Part shown: in pieces, positions 31,216 to 45,374 of the stretch
Layout: each line of letters begins with the position of its first letter
How positions within the stretch are numbered: position 1 is the first letter of the stretch
Assembly (NCBI GenBank): GCA_963693365.1
Contig: CAVNZM010000006.1
Span: 1,550,001-1,614,000 of the forward strand
Direction: 5' to 3'
DNA: 64,000 nt
Source of the DNA: Amoebidium appalachense
Taxonomy: Eukaryota > Protista > Ichthyosporea
Notes under the pieces: generated by a model
What the model was told of the DNA's origin: nothing
What the model saw: the letters and a program-made list of their open reading frames with translations, nothing else
Database searches by the model: none
Position numbers and translations under genes: made by a program

Positions 31216-32879
31216 CCCCTTTTTTTCGCGAACGCTCTCCCCTCCGCCACATATGCAAAAGCACAAACAACCCCCTCTTATTTCTTGCTTGCAGTGATGG
31301 TCCGGCCCCAGAACTTATCCCCACCAATGTTATTCTCACAACGAAAAAACACATACACAAACCCACAAGTTACCTCGTGTCCTTAATTAATCTTTGTTCA
31401 TCGCCCTCTGTCTTGTGTACCTAACTCACACATGGTCGCCCCGCCCCTCTCCACCCATCCCCTCCTCCGTCCCCTCCCCCCCTCCACCCGTCCCCCTGCC
31501 CCCATCCCCCATCCCCCTCCCCCGCCCCCCCTTTTCCCCTCCTCCACCTTCTCCCCCATTAATCCCGACTGTCCCGATTTCCCCTCCGCGCCCCCCCCCC
31601 TCATCGGAGTTTCTCCTCCCTCCCTCCCCTTCCCCCCTCCCGCCACCCCCCCACCCCCCACCCCCTCCCCTGGGACCACCAGCTCCACTTCCCACCATTG
31701 CCACGAACAACTGCCACAATAACAGTGACATGGCTATTCCGTCAACCTCTTTCAATCTGTGCTTAGCTCCCTTTTCGCACCTTCCTACGGCCCTGCAGCT
31801 TCGAATGATTATTCCTGAACCCCTCTGGAGCCTTCAGAATCTTCACTCTTACCATACCCCCATCTTTCCACCAAATGTTATGCCCTAAATTTCCTTTCCC
31901 CTTCGCTCCCTCCCTTTCATCCAGTCCCCCTCCCCCCCCCCCCCCCCCCCCCCCCCCCCCGCGGACCACCCGCACCGCCCCGGACCCACGACCAAGCAAG
32001 CACACACACAAGCACATGCATGCCTGCGCAGGCTAGCACACAAAGGCACACACATCTGACAACTGCACTGCCCATGTAATCAGCACGAAAGTGTGGCATA
32101 AATATGGGATCCAGGCATGTGATGATGATTATCTGAGAAGCCGTATATGTATCCCTTTCAGAAACCTCCCTCCCCCTTCCCCCCCCCCCCCTTCCCCCCT
32201 CCCCCAACCCCCCCCACCCCCCCCCCCACCCACCCACACCGCCCTCCTCCCTCCCTCCTCCTCCTCCCTGCCCGCGCCCCCCCTGTACGGCGCCAATGTC
32301 TATCCCCACAACACCACAAGACTGGTGACGATCAGGCCAAATAGTTTTGTCGGCCTCCCCCTTCACTGGGCTTTAAAATTTCTTGCTCCGGTTAAGATTT
32401 AATAGCGGACGGTATCCCATAGGTTTACAAGCCCTCGGGGCGGGTGATATCGTCATATCAGCTAATTCTGACCCGCTCATGTTTCCATAACAACCAAAGC
32501 GAAAACCGTAAACCGATGTGGCTATGCCTGTATACAGCCTCCCCCCCCCCCCCTTCCCCCGGCTCGCCATACACACACATGTACAGACAGACGCATATAC
32601 CCCTCACTTTGGTCGTGCTAGCGCTAGTTGTGAGAAATTACACTCTCCCTAGAGTAAACGAGCTAAACCAATCAACTTAATGGCACCGTGATCACTGCCC
32701 AATCAAATGAGCACGACCAAAACCCTCGTTTGAAAATTGATAAGCTTCCGATTTTTTTAGCGCAAAGAGCCCCAACCCCCACTATTACCACACACAGTCC
32801 CCATCGAGAAAGCCTGTGGGACTTGGGTTCGGCGTTACTAAATTACCTTGCTGATTTCAGTCTTCTTCTGCCTTCGTCT

Positions 32880-32912
<33 letters not shown>

Positions 32913-33314
32913 TTCCTGGTACATGCAACCCCCCCCCCCCCCCCCTCCCCCCCCCCCCCCCCCCCCTCCAACCTCCCGACCACATCATAATGAGTACTTT
33001 GCTTGCATCCGAAACGAATATCCATTCAATATATTACAAAAGCATTTTGAATTGCTTTCTTAGTCTTTTTCCTCCCCCCGTGAGACTGGATTGCGAGGGG
33101 GGAGGGGAGGTGGGGTCTCGCACGGGGGGAAGGGGGGAGGGAGAAGGGGTGGTTGTGCACATTCCCGTGTGACTGTTTTACGAGCTTGCAGGATAATTTC
33201 AGAATATGCCTGCTGATTTAAAGCAATCCAGTTGCCCCCAACGGCACATACATAACAAACTACAAGCTTTTGCTGTAACTGCAGTGTGAATGTCGGGAAC
33301 TCAGCCATCACAAG

Positions 33315-33355
<41 letters not shown>

Positions 33356-33799
33356 ATTATAGCGAAGGAGATTCTGAAGGTGAGCTACCCTTACACACAG
33401 TCACAATTTTCTCATGCGACAGTTTCTTTCCTGACCGAAAGCATTGGAAAGCTACCAAAGCAGAAAATGTCTCCGGAAAAAACGTAGAAGGCAAAGAAGC
33501 CAAAACCCCTGTCATTACATCATATTGGGATGGAAAACCTAGTAGTAATTGAATCATACACCATTACATTGGCATTCACGTATAACTATTGAGTGAGAGT
33601 AAAAGAGGTGCGGCCTATCTAAAGCTCAACTGTAAACCTTCATGGTCTTCTCAAGAATATGCATCATTCATTCGATATCTGCTCCAAATACCGGTCAACT
33701 ACACCAGCAAAAAGACGAAACAATCCCCCCCCCCCCCCCCCCCCCCCCTCCTCTCCCCCTTTATTCCGAAAGGACCCTAGACGGAATCATCGTTAACAT

Positions 33800-33855
<56 letters not shown>

Positions 33856-33938
33856 CGCGCGGGCAGGGAGGTGGTGGTGGTGGTGGTGGTGGTGGTGGGG
33901 GGGGGCTAATAAGTCTCGAGGACACAAAACACTCGAGA

Positions 33939-34137
33939 TTACAAGCTGGGTTGATTCTGGGTTTGGTAGCCATATACGGGCTGCATGGTGGGAGGCGGAG
34001 GCGGTGGTGGGTGTTGTGGAAGTGGGGGTTGAGGTGGTTGGGGTGGTTGGCTGGCCTGGGGGAGAGGGGCTGCCGATGGGTATGTAGCGTCCAGTTTGGG
34101 AAGGAGGTGCTGGGGCCATATGATCTTCTCAAGATTG

Positions 34138-34222
<85 letters not shown>

Positions 34223-34392
34223 CGCGCATGTGTGTGTGTGGTAGTGGTGGTGGTAGTGGCGGTGATGGTGGTGGGTGGGTGGGTGGGTGGGTACGACTTT
34301 TCGGCTTTTTCTTTCGCGTTCTTGCCTTCCCTTCATCTCCATTCTTGGTGTGGGGAAACCGCTATGGGGAAGACGGGGGCAGCAGGGGGAAG

Positions 34393-34466
<74 letters not shown>

Positions 34467-35282
34467 GTATGCAGAAACTAGTATTTGGAGGTGACTGAGA
34501 AATAGATGCCATATGGAACCCCCCCCCCCCCCCCTTGCGGGGCAGGCGAAAAAAAAGTAGAAATCCTCCAAAATTCTACGACCTTTAAAAATAACTGCAT
34601 GTTCTTGTCCGCACGAGTGATGGGGCTTTTGCGCGTGTGTAGTCGAGGAAGGGTATACGCAGGTAAAAGCCTGACTAGTTGGGTGGAGATTAAAAGAGAG
34701 ATCGATAGTCCAAACAGGCAGAACACCACTTTCCACACACCATACACCCAACCCCAGGCACCACGGCAACACACATCCAACACAGGTCCAAGCACCTACC
34801 GGCATGCCGTTTGCATAGTCTCCGAGCTCCATCAGCTGCCGGTGCACACACTTAAGGTACCTGCACGTGCACACGTACGGTAAGTGGGGTGTTGGAAAGG
34901 AGCCGGGGGAGGGGGGGGGGGAGGGGGGGGGAGGGGGGGAGGGGGGGGGGAGGGCACAATAATAAAGGCATCGGACACGTGGGGTGGAGGTGGGGTGGGG
35001 CGGGGTGGGGGGAGAGGGGGGGGGGGGGGGGGGGGGGGGGGGGAGGGGAGGGAGGGATCAAGTAGCGTCGCTTCAGGGCGGGGGTCGGGTGGGGAAGGGG
35101 AGGCAGGAAAGGGCTGTTGTAAGGACACGTCAAGCTGGATGGACAGCAGGTGATTCAAAAAGTATTTTTGCCATTAATGTATGGGCCAAGGTGGGTTGAA
35201 GGTGTGTGGGATGAGGGTGCAGATGTCACCTCGGCAAATATGACAACAAAAACAGACACAAAAGGTTCGGTGAAGACAAGTG

Positions 35283-35318
<36 letters not shown>

Positions 35319-35432
35319 CCCCTTCTTCTCCACCCAAACCCATCTATATTAAATAAGCACCAGCAAAAACAAATGCCTATATTAACATCCCCTCTTCCCC
35401 CTATCCCACCCGCACCACCACCACCACTACCA

Positions 35433-35501
<69 letters not shown>

Positions 35502-36286
35502 AACACACAGCCACTACCCACCCACACCAAAAAAAAAAAAAGAAAGAAAGAAAAAACAAAACATGGCACCTTTGAACATCCTCTCCCAAACCCAATGTTC
35601 CTACTATCGGTCCCCCGCACCTATAAACACACACGGGGGGGGCCACCTACGCCAGTGCGTCATTGCCTTTGCCCTCGTCCTGGCATCTTTTGACTGTCTC
35701 CAATAGCGTCTGTGTGAGGTCCAGAAGCTGCACGTGCACAGTCAGTGCTTTTTTGCCCACACCCTCCCCCCCTTTTTTTTTCTCATATCCACACCCCATC
35801 CCCATCCCCTCTTCTCCCCTTTCTCCTGCTCCATCGGTTCCATTTGAACCCCTCTTAGTGCCCGAAGCCCCGTCTCCTGAGTTCCTATCTATATTTTTCT
35901 TGCTTCTGCTTACTGCTGCAACTTTAACCCCCGGCCTTTCCCACTGCCCTTGCCTGCATAAGCAACCCTGCTCGTCTCTGATCAAGACGGGTGACCTACT
36001 CATGTTCAAGTGAAACAGTATCTGAGTTGGGTTTCGTTAACGAGGGGAATAGGTCGAAACTCGGGTACTGTGGATGACGTGGGCCCCCCCTGAGGATGGG
36101 CTCTGCTTATTATGCATCCTCTTTATGTATGGCTTGCATTCTGCATCGTGTTATCCGTTTGTTCTTGTGTACTTCGTACTTTTTGACGCATTCAAACCCC
36201 CCCCCCCCCCCCTTCCCCCTTCTCCCCCCCCCCCAGCCCCCGCCCCGTGACTTCTCCCGCCTCCCTCCCTTTTTTCTTTTTCCGTC

Positions 36287-36331
<45 letters not shown>

Positions 36332-37908
36332 AGGTGAGAGGGGGGAGGGGCAGAGAAGGGCAATATCTTCGTCCTGCGCACTCCCTCGTGCTACATACTA
36401 GATTGGTCACCGTAAGCTAGGTTTTCTGATATAAGCAACAGGGGGTGAATTGAGAACAAAGCACATTCCCATGACACCGGGTTTTTTGATTTAAAGAAAG
36501 ACATACAAACACTCCAATCCACTTCCAGCTACATTAAGAAATGGAGTAAAATCGAAGCCCCCCCCCCCCCCCCCCCCTCCCCGCGGGAACTCCTTTGCCC
36601 GCACGGCACCACCATTTGCAAGAAGCCTATCACGTCCATGGCCCCAGACCCCTTTCACCCCTTCTGCATACCTCTTTACCACTCTCCTACTCCCCCCTCG
36701 CCCCCTCCCCCCGCCGCCATATTAAAAAAAAGACAGAAAACAGAGAAAAAGGGAAGGCCGTGCACGGGGGGATATCAAGGAAGGAAGGTAGTGGTCTTTA
36801 GCAGGGTTTGAAGCGGAAAAGGGGCGGGGGGGGGGGGGGGGGGGGGGGGGGTGATAGAAGAACGAACCGTGAGGGGAGATTATTTGGGGGGGAGGAGGGG
36901 AGGAAGGGGAACCGGGAAATAGAGAGGAAGAATGAGGCAGTCAGAAGGCAGGGGACAGAGAGAGTCTTGAGGTGAGGGGAAGAGAAAAGGAGGCAAAAGA
37001 TGCAACGGGAAGGGGAGAAGAGGGATTGGCGAGGAAACGACAGGAGTACGGTTCGAGTAAACGTAGGAGAGGAAAAGCTGGAAGCTAGAATAACAGCAAG
37101 CGCCATGGAAAAGAGTACCACAAAACAGTAAGGTGTGGCTTTTCAATTATCCCCCCCCCCCCCCCCCCCTCCCCATCTGCCTCTCTCCACACCCTCCCCT
37201 CCCCTCCCCCCCCCCTGCCCTCCCCACCCCCCCCAAACACCCCCTCTGTCCCCCCTCCCTCTCTCGTAGAGTCAAGTAATCAATTGCCTAGCCATGTTCA
37301 TTGTAAAAATAGTGTTTCCCACCTCAACCTTCATTCGTGTCAGTCCCTTTAATCCCCCTTTGTGGCTTTCACCCCTTTCCACCTCCTTCCCTTCCTGCTT
37401 CTCTTCGCGACTCCATCCCCCCCCCCCCCCCCCCCCCCACCCTTCCTTTCCTCCTCCTCCCAGCCCCTCCACCTACTTCCCACTTCTACGCTCTCCGCCT
37501 ATAACCCCCCCCCCCCCCCCCCCTCTCCCCCTCTCTTCTCTTCCTCCCTTACTCTTTCCCTCAATCAGCCCTGTTGTAACCACCCAATCACTTGCTTTAA
37601 GAAATTTTCACCTTCAACTATCTCCCCCCCCTGCCCCCCCCCCCCCCCCCCCCCGCCCCCCCCCTCCCCCCACCCTAACCCCTCCACCCAAAAACCACCA
37701 CCAACTCCCCCTTTATCCTGCCCTGTACAAACCACCCAACCACCCTGCTCACCTTATCTATGTCCTCAGCCGCGTATGTGTACTCCTCTGGCTCTTTCTC
37801 CGCCATTTTTACTGCTTGAACACTGCCACAGGGGAAGGCCCAGCTCAGCCTGCAAAAAATACCTACATCCAGAGGTAATTCTTGCGAGGAGAATGCTAGA
37901 AGCCGTTT
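33939..37908 (-). CDS. Hypothetical multi-exon protein with a Pro/Gln-rich C-terminus (5' end unresolved)
   Basis: Phase-compatible GT-AG exons at about 37867-37909 (KRLLAFSSQELPLD), 35651-35727 (LLDLTQTLLETVKRCQDEGKGNDAL), 34800-34860 (YLKCVHRQLMELGDYANGMP) and 33939-34139 (NNLEKIIWPQHLLPKL...QNQPSL*). No family recognised. Confidence 0.55.
36126..36200 (+). repeat. Short dispersed repeat, copy 1
   Basis: TGTATGGCTTGCATTCTGCATCGT...ACTTCGTACTTTTTGACGCATTCAAACCC closely matches the reverse complement of 44466-44538. Confidence 0.8.
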
Positions 37909-40326
37909 TCTGAAATGATTAGTGCCGAACAAACCGCAGGCATACCAATTGCCCGTTGTAGAAAACTAGTATGCTGTGCATTTTGGGGCAGTGCAGCCGA
38001 GTGACTTTGAGCAGAGCAGAGCTGCAAGGCAAACAGTGCTGGCGGGGTTAGATAGGTCCAAATACACAATTTGGCAAAATACACAGCAAACGCGGGTTTT
38101 GAAGTTCACGCTATAGATTTTATGCCAAGCCTTCACCGTGGCGAAGCAGCACTCCGAGTGAGAGGCGAGCTGAGTGCAGAGAATTGTTTCTTGAAATTTC
38201 GGTGAATTACCCAGTACCGTCTCCGTCCGCCCACCGCGGCCGCCCGATTCGAACGGTACGCATATAAAATTTTGGCACAGCCAATCCTCTTTAGAATGTC
38301 ATGCAAGAAAAACACCGGAGATCTATTGTATTTGTAGTCAGCATCAATGATCCGATCCGGCCAGCGGCTCCGGAGTCCGGGAACCTGTTCACGTACGCGT
38401 ATGCTGCTGCCTGTGCTGCTGCCTGTTAGTCACTTTGAGTGCTGTCTCCCTGCGGCCTAGTCTAACATATGATACCTTGTATTTTTATTTTTTATTTTAT
38501 CGGTTTAGCGCTCGGCTTCAAGCCCATAGCGGCGACAACCGCCCCGATTCCCGAGTCTAGATCGACGGGACTGAAGTCCGGTGCAGGGGGGATGACCTCC
38601 AGGCAGGTGCTGGCGCAACCGGGGTGATGGTTGTTTCCTGCGGGCTGCAAGGAGCTGGTGAGCTACCTGTCTTCGCGTCCTTTACCCGCCGGGGCGTGCG
38701 GATGGTACTCTGATGGCCGCGAGGCTTCTCGTTTAGGGGGTTGGCGGCCTTCTGGGTTAGCGACGGCACCCTTTTTCTGTATTGCTCTTTTGGAACCTCG
38801 TGTGCTGCTCCCAGTGATAGATTTTTGGCCGAGGGCTCTGTCTCTAGAGTAGCTACAGATGGCTTCCTTGCAGTTTGTAGCCTAGACATCTTCGTGGCTT
38901 TGATGGAGCAATCTAGCCATGCCATTAATTAAGCTTCTCATTTTGTACCCTGCCATCTATGCTAATTACATGTTAACGTACGCATTTACTCAAATTTCTG
39001 TGTCAATGTACGCGTTTCACTCAATGATTTCTGTGACTCAATTCATATTAGGCCACCTTTATTATTGAGGTTTTTTAAGTTGTGGCAGCCGAGATATCAA
39101 TTTATCGTTTTCACTCCTGCCTTTAGTGTTTATTTGTATTTTTATACCTTTGGGTCGACGTCCGTATTCCAGTGAGCCTACTTCGAATTCTCATTTGAGT
39201 GACTCGAAAATCGTCTCTCGAGATATCTGGGATATCTCTTTTTCGTGTCCTTCGAACATATGAGCACATCAATAAAGTCATTATAAAAAAATCTACAAGT
39301 CGGATGTTCAGAAGCATGATCGCCACGGTACAACTCCTACACTCTGCTGATCGGACCCCGGTCCCGCCCTGGTCCCGCCATAACAGACAGTAGCGGCTCC
39401 ATATGATACTTTGTATGTTGCTGCAGGCGCAGCGTTGTAGGGCCCGGCCACTTACGTAAGCCAGCGGGTACAAAGCCTTGGGGACTAGCTGCCTGTATCC
39501 TTGCAGGTTGCACCCATGGTCTGTATGCACGCAGATCACGGGAGAGTGCCGAGGGCAAGGTTTTAGCCGGGCCTATTGGCCATGGTCGGCACAACGGTAA
39601 TTTTGTTGGTTGTATGTATACTGGCTTTTGTCTGCCCATCTAATGTACTGACTTGTGCACAGTGCCACATGATCTGCCGTGCACGTGGCGGTTGAAATTT
39701 GAACCCATCTCGAGATCTCAGATGATGTGAACCGATATCTGGTTATTATGATCATTCGCATGTAGGGAGGCATGCCTCCCTACATTTGAACTTGATGTTT
39801 TGAAATGGCTGTTTCAAATTCAGTACTGTGCCTTTATGTATGACTTGAAGTTTGGCCTCGGGTTTATGCAATGCATTTCTAACAGTTGATCACCCATGGG
39901 CCCCGCATCACTGCATAAGGCCATCAACCCACACGTGTTTTTCCTTTGATTTTGCTTTACACGACTTGCAACGGTTCAGTTACCGTAGTGCAGGCATACC
40001 ATGTTGAGCAGTCTCATCTAAAAACCCACGTGCATGTGTTAACTAATATATGTAACATAAGTTTTAGTTTCTGGGAACAGGCACTGCCATACGTACCATA
40101 TATGCTTCGGCTCTGGGAACACAAATTGAAGCATTTTCATGATCAAGAATTGATTATACGAGCAAAATTCAACAAAACACACTGTTAAATCGCAATGTTA
40201 GGTTTACTACGTACGCCATGCTGTTCTCGTATATGACTCGTCACCGAGACTTCTTTGCACTAAGAAGCTTAACCTTATTACCGTATGAATCAGATGAAAC
40301 CATTTTCCAGTTCTAAACAGCTCACT

Positions 40327-40385
<59 letters not shown>

Positions 40386-40600
40386 CTCTCTCTCACACCG
40401 AGAGGGGCTTCACACACAGGCGCAGACACATCACGTCTACACCCCATCCCCCCATCCCCACCCACATCTCGTATTCGTTTTAGGCAATGTTGAGCAATCC
40501 TTGCCGCAAGAGATGTGAAACCGCCATTTGAGATGACGAATCTGAACATTTATGTTGGTGGACAGTACGGGCATTTTCATGCAATAGCCTGTTCAGTCAG

Positions 40601-41961
40601 CTAGTCCTCGGCATCTTCAAATTCATCCTCCTCCTCCCTGAGTTGACAAATCATTAGCTTCGCTTCAGCTTGGAATTACCCCCCCCCCCCCCCCCCCCCT
40701 CACCCCCCTTTCCCCTCCTCCCACACACCAACCACTGCCTCCACCACCACACCACTGCCTCCACCACCACGGCCACATGCACCAGGGGGTACACACACCA
40801 CATTGTAGTACAAAACTACACCAAACATACCCGAAATTTTTTTCGTACTTGGAAATGACAAATTCTCGCTGAAGCACGTGCGCAGGAGAATTTGGTAAAA
40901 GTGTGGCTGTATGTGGACGGGTTGCAGGCAATCCGGGCAAGACTAAGTGCTAGTGTACAGGTTTGGGGAATTGAAAAGGAGTGCAAAGGACAGCAAGAAA
41001 GAACGAAGTACAGAGGGCGGAAAGGGAGAGAAAGCGTGTGTCCTTGTGACCAATTAAGGATGCAGACATGCGTGCACAAGCAGGCACACAGAGCGTGATT
41101 TTCATGAGATAGCACACAATCACTTCCTTTCATCGTCATGAACCTTTATAAGCCACACACCTAGGTGGTAACACACGTTATCAATCTCCATCACGAGGGG
41201 CAAGCACACGTACTTTGGATGGTTGAGCACCCGTGCACATTCCAGATTTGGGCGTGTCAGGCGGAAGAGGCCCCAAAGGACCTCTGGTAGCTCCTCCTCT
41301 GTGCGGCCCTCCACGGAGAAGCCAATGTCGATGGCCAGCACGTATGCATAGCTGCTCACCTACAGTGAGTTATACTAACCTCCTGTCTACCCCCCCCCCC
41401 CCCCCCCCCCCGCCCCTCCCCCGGCGCCTTCCCCCTGCCCGACAGGGCTCCCAACCTTAACAGACGCACAACATGGCATAAAATCCACACACATACTACC
41501 ACCCCTTTGCCTGCCGTCGTACATCGTTCCAAAACTTCTAGATCCAGTACCACAGCTCTCCAATAGCTTGTGTTCGTAAAGGTAAACACCAATGACAGTG
41601 ATAGAGAGCAGCACAACAGAACACCAGTAAAGTAGCAGGGAGAGGTCAATCTGGGCTGCAACAGGAGCATTTGGCATGCAAATGTGTGTGCATGTGCCAG
41701 CAATGCACATCCTTTGCGTGGTCTAGGATATGGGATACCTTTTCAAGACACCGACAATGCTGCCAGCCACATACGAAGAGTTGACATCACAGTCGATCTC
41801 AAAGTAGCGGTCGGTCTTAGTGTAGCGGTGCGTCAGCTTGGTGGCAAGAAGTGCCGGCTGTGCGCCTACGGCCTGTGCAAGTGCAAGCAACGTCAGAAAT
41901 GAACAGGCAAAATATAGGACCTCTCACAAATTGTGAACAACGGGATGGTCCCGTTATTCCA

Positions 41962-41997
<36 letters not shown>

Positions 41998-42060
41998 CCC
42001 TTCCCCCTCCCCCCGTTCCCTCCCCTTCTCCTCCCAACAACGCACAGATGTAGGCGAGGG

Positions 42061-42102
<42 letters not shown>

Positions 42103-42416
42103 TTGTGTGCATGTCTGTCTCTCTCTCTCTCTCTCTGTGTGTGTGTATGTGTTTGTGTGTGTGTTTGGGGGAGGGGGGAGGGGAAGGGAGGGGAGAAGGA
42201 GGAGGAAGAAAGGGAAGGTATTTCAAAGTCATGATGTTTAGTCTCATAACCTGTCTCGCTCGGCCCCCTTTCCCCCCCCCCCTCCCCCCTCCCCTCCCCC
42301 CCCCCCGCGCTCTCCCCGGGATTTTCCGGCCCTTTAGTCCCCTTTCCAGGCGCCGGGGGGAGGGGGGGGGGGGGGGGGTCCGGGGGCACCAAGTGCTCGT
42401 TTAAGTAATTTGGTGT

Positions 42417-42486
<70 letters not shown>

Positions 42487-42635
42487 TCATCCGCTCAAGC
42501 ATGTGCGCAGGGCATATGAACATTGCAGCGAACCCTTATGGTCTGGGTTCCAAATCCAGTAGGCGCGCAAATGACGGGGACAATCAAATAGAAAAATAGA
42601 GCACCAGGGCAGGGAGGAACAGGGTGTGTGTGTGT

Positions 42636-42666
<31 letters not shown>

Positions 42667-43261
42667 GGGGGGGGAGGGGAGGGATTGGAGAAGGAATAAT
42701 ACCCTTCGAATTAGCCAGTTGCCTTCAGCCACGTACGGGGTAACCTGGAAACCAACACCAGGGTTAGCAGACAGATGCAAACCCATGGAGCAATGTCCCA
42801 GGCAGAAAGGAAATGGTGTGCAGGAGGTGCAGCAGGGGTCATGCACGCTCCCCCCCCCCCCCCCCCCCCCCCCGCGCTCCCACCCTTCTTTCTCTCCTCC
42901 CCCTTCCTCCTCACTTCCCTCTCTCTCCAAGAATCTCTGGGAGGGGCCAAGCCGGGGGGGGTGGGGGGAGGGGGTGGGAGAGGGATGGGGGTGCAGGCAG
43001 CATACCTTGAACCTGGAGTTCCTATAGTCATCATCACCATTCAGAAATCTTCCCCACAGCAGGTCAAAGGCATCACCAGCAGCCTCCACCTTGGCCTCGT
43101 CCACAGCCCACACACAGCACAGGTGGTGGGGCTGCATCTGGAAGTGCACCACCCTGCATGTGTACGTGTGTGTAAGTGTGTGTGGACTATTGGACATGGA
43201 TACTCGGGTCTCCCATTTATATAGTAGCGCCGAGCAGTTCCTCAATCCCTCCCCCTCACCC

Positions 43262-43296
<35 letters not shown>

Positions 43297-43563
43297 CTCC
43301 CTTCCCTTTCCCCACATCCCGTGTTTGTGTGCCGAAGGTTCTGTTAATCCAAAGGTGGTCGTATGGAAAGAACGTGAGTTCATTAAAAAATGAACGAGTG
43401 TATGAATGCCATTTATGCCAAGTCACCTCTGCCCTCCCCCCCCCCCCCCCCCCCCCCCCCCCTTTCCCCCTCCCCCGGCTCTACCGCTCAAATACACACC
43501 TGTCCGTCCATCCACCCAAATACACACAAGCCCTCTGCACTTTCTCTTACTCCCACATGCGTA

Positions 43564-43638
<75 letters not shown>

Positions 43639-44256
43639 CGTGTGTGTCCGCAGTGTGCGTAAAGACTAACCCCATCTAGAGGCGCATGCACAAACACAAC
43701 AAAACACACGAACGGTGCAACCCTATGGGGACATACACAAAGAAAGAGCTGTCGCCGGCAGCAATAGCCTTCTGCACGTAGCTGTCTGGGTGGCTTGCAA
43801 AGTTGTCTAGTCTGTTTTCGAGGTCATCGTGAATAAAGAAGTCCATGTTGCACAGCTGTGTACCCCAGTGTCAGTATATGAAAAAACTATCCATAGCAAG
43901 ATGAATGTAAACCCTCCCCCCCCCCCCCCTGTACATGGAAAAACTATGCATAGCAAGATGAAATGCAAGCCTCCCCCTCTTCCCCCCTGCCCCTTATCCA
44001 CATCACTGCAGCCATGTCCATTGTTTCCAGAGAGAGCATGGGGGGGAGGGAAAATGGGGGGAAGGTGGATGAGAGACAGGGGGAGAGAAGGGGGGCAGGG
44101 GGGCCGGGGGGGGGGGAGGGGGGGGGGGGGGGGGGAGGAGAAATAGAACGATAGAAGAAACGGAGAGAGGGAGGGGAGGGGAAAGGGAAGAGAGAGAGAG
44201 GTGGGGAGGGGGTGAGGGAGGGAGGGAGGGAGGGAGAGAGTGGGGAGAAAGAGAGA

Positions 44257-44310
<54 letters not shown>

Positions 44311-44764
44311 AGAAGAGAAAGGGACGGGGCATGGGGGAGCCTGGGGGAGAGAGGGCGGGGGAAGTGTGTGTGATGAAGAAATGAGATGTGGGTATCACAT
44401 ACGTGTGGGCTCCTGTGTGCCTGGGCGGGCACAGGGCAGGTGAGGGGAAGGAGAGGAGGTGGGGGGGGTTTGAATGCGTCATAAAGTACGAAGTGCACAT
44501 GAACAACGGATAGTACGATGCAGAATGCAAACCATACAGGGGGGGGGGGGGGGGGGGAGGGGAGGGGTTATGAGTTTCAACAGTATATGGTAGAGTAAGC
44601 TTTGAGGTGCGTAAAAGGAAAGCTGAAAGCTGGGGGCACAAGCATCATAAAATCAAGAACCACCAAGGAAAACCTGCATGTGGAAGAAAGAGGTGCTGTT
44701 TTAAGGCAGTGACTGGGGGGCACTGTGGAATCTTCCCCGTCCTGTCCTGTCATGCTCTCTTCCG

Positions 44765-44805
<41 letters not shown>

Positions 44806-45165
44806 TGTGTGTGGTGTGTGTGTGCGTGTGTGTGTTGGAAGAGGGGGAGGGGGGGGGGGGGGGGGGGGAGTTTGTCCAACCTCAAACAGTGCGGGCTTCG
44901 CATCGATCTTGACCCTGTCTTCCATGTAGTTCTTTCCTCTCACCAGCATCCCCTGCCCGTCCGGTTGGCTCCAGCAGTGTGTGCCTCCCTCCAACGGCCC
45001 ACGAGGGAAGGCCGAGTCGTCAAAGTCGATTTTGGTGGCGTCAAATTTCTGCATCCTTCCGGTCAGAAAACAACCCCCCCCCCCCCCCCCCCCCCACCCC
45101 TCCAAAAAAAAAAAGAAAGAAAAGTAAAACAAATCTTCCCGGTGCCCACATCCCCATGCACCCCC

Positions 45166-45197
<32 letters not shown>

Positions 45198-45334
45198 ATA
45201 ACCCCTCTTCTCCCTCCGTCCTGCCTCCCATTTGCCAGAACTTGGTGTATGTGTGTCTCCGGCTGTGCCTCCCCTCAGATAAGTGTGCATCTTTGTGTAT
45301 GTGCTCGAGTAAGGTATGCACGATGGGAATGCAC

Positions 45335-45374
<40 letters not shown>

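Noticed and set aside
41352-41738. Third U12-type intron (donor GTATCCC) in the DysF-EDR2C gene
   Set aside because: There is no CCTTRAC branch near the acceptor, and other U2 donors here are also degenerate at +5/+6. It could be a converted relic but is unsupported.
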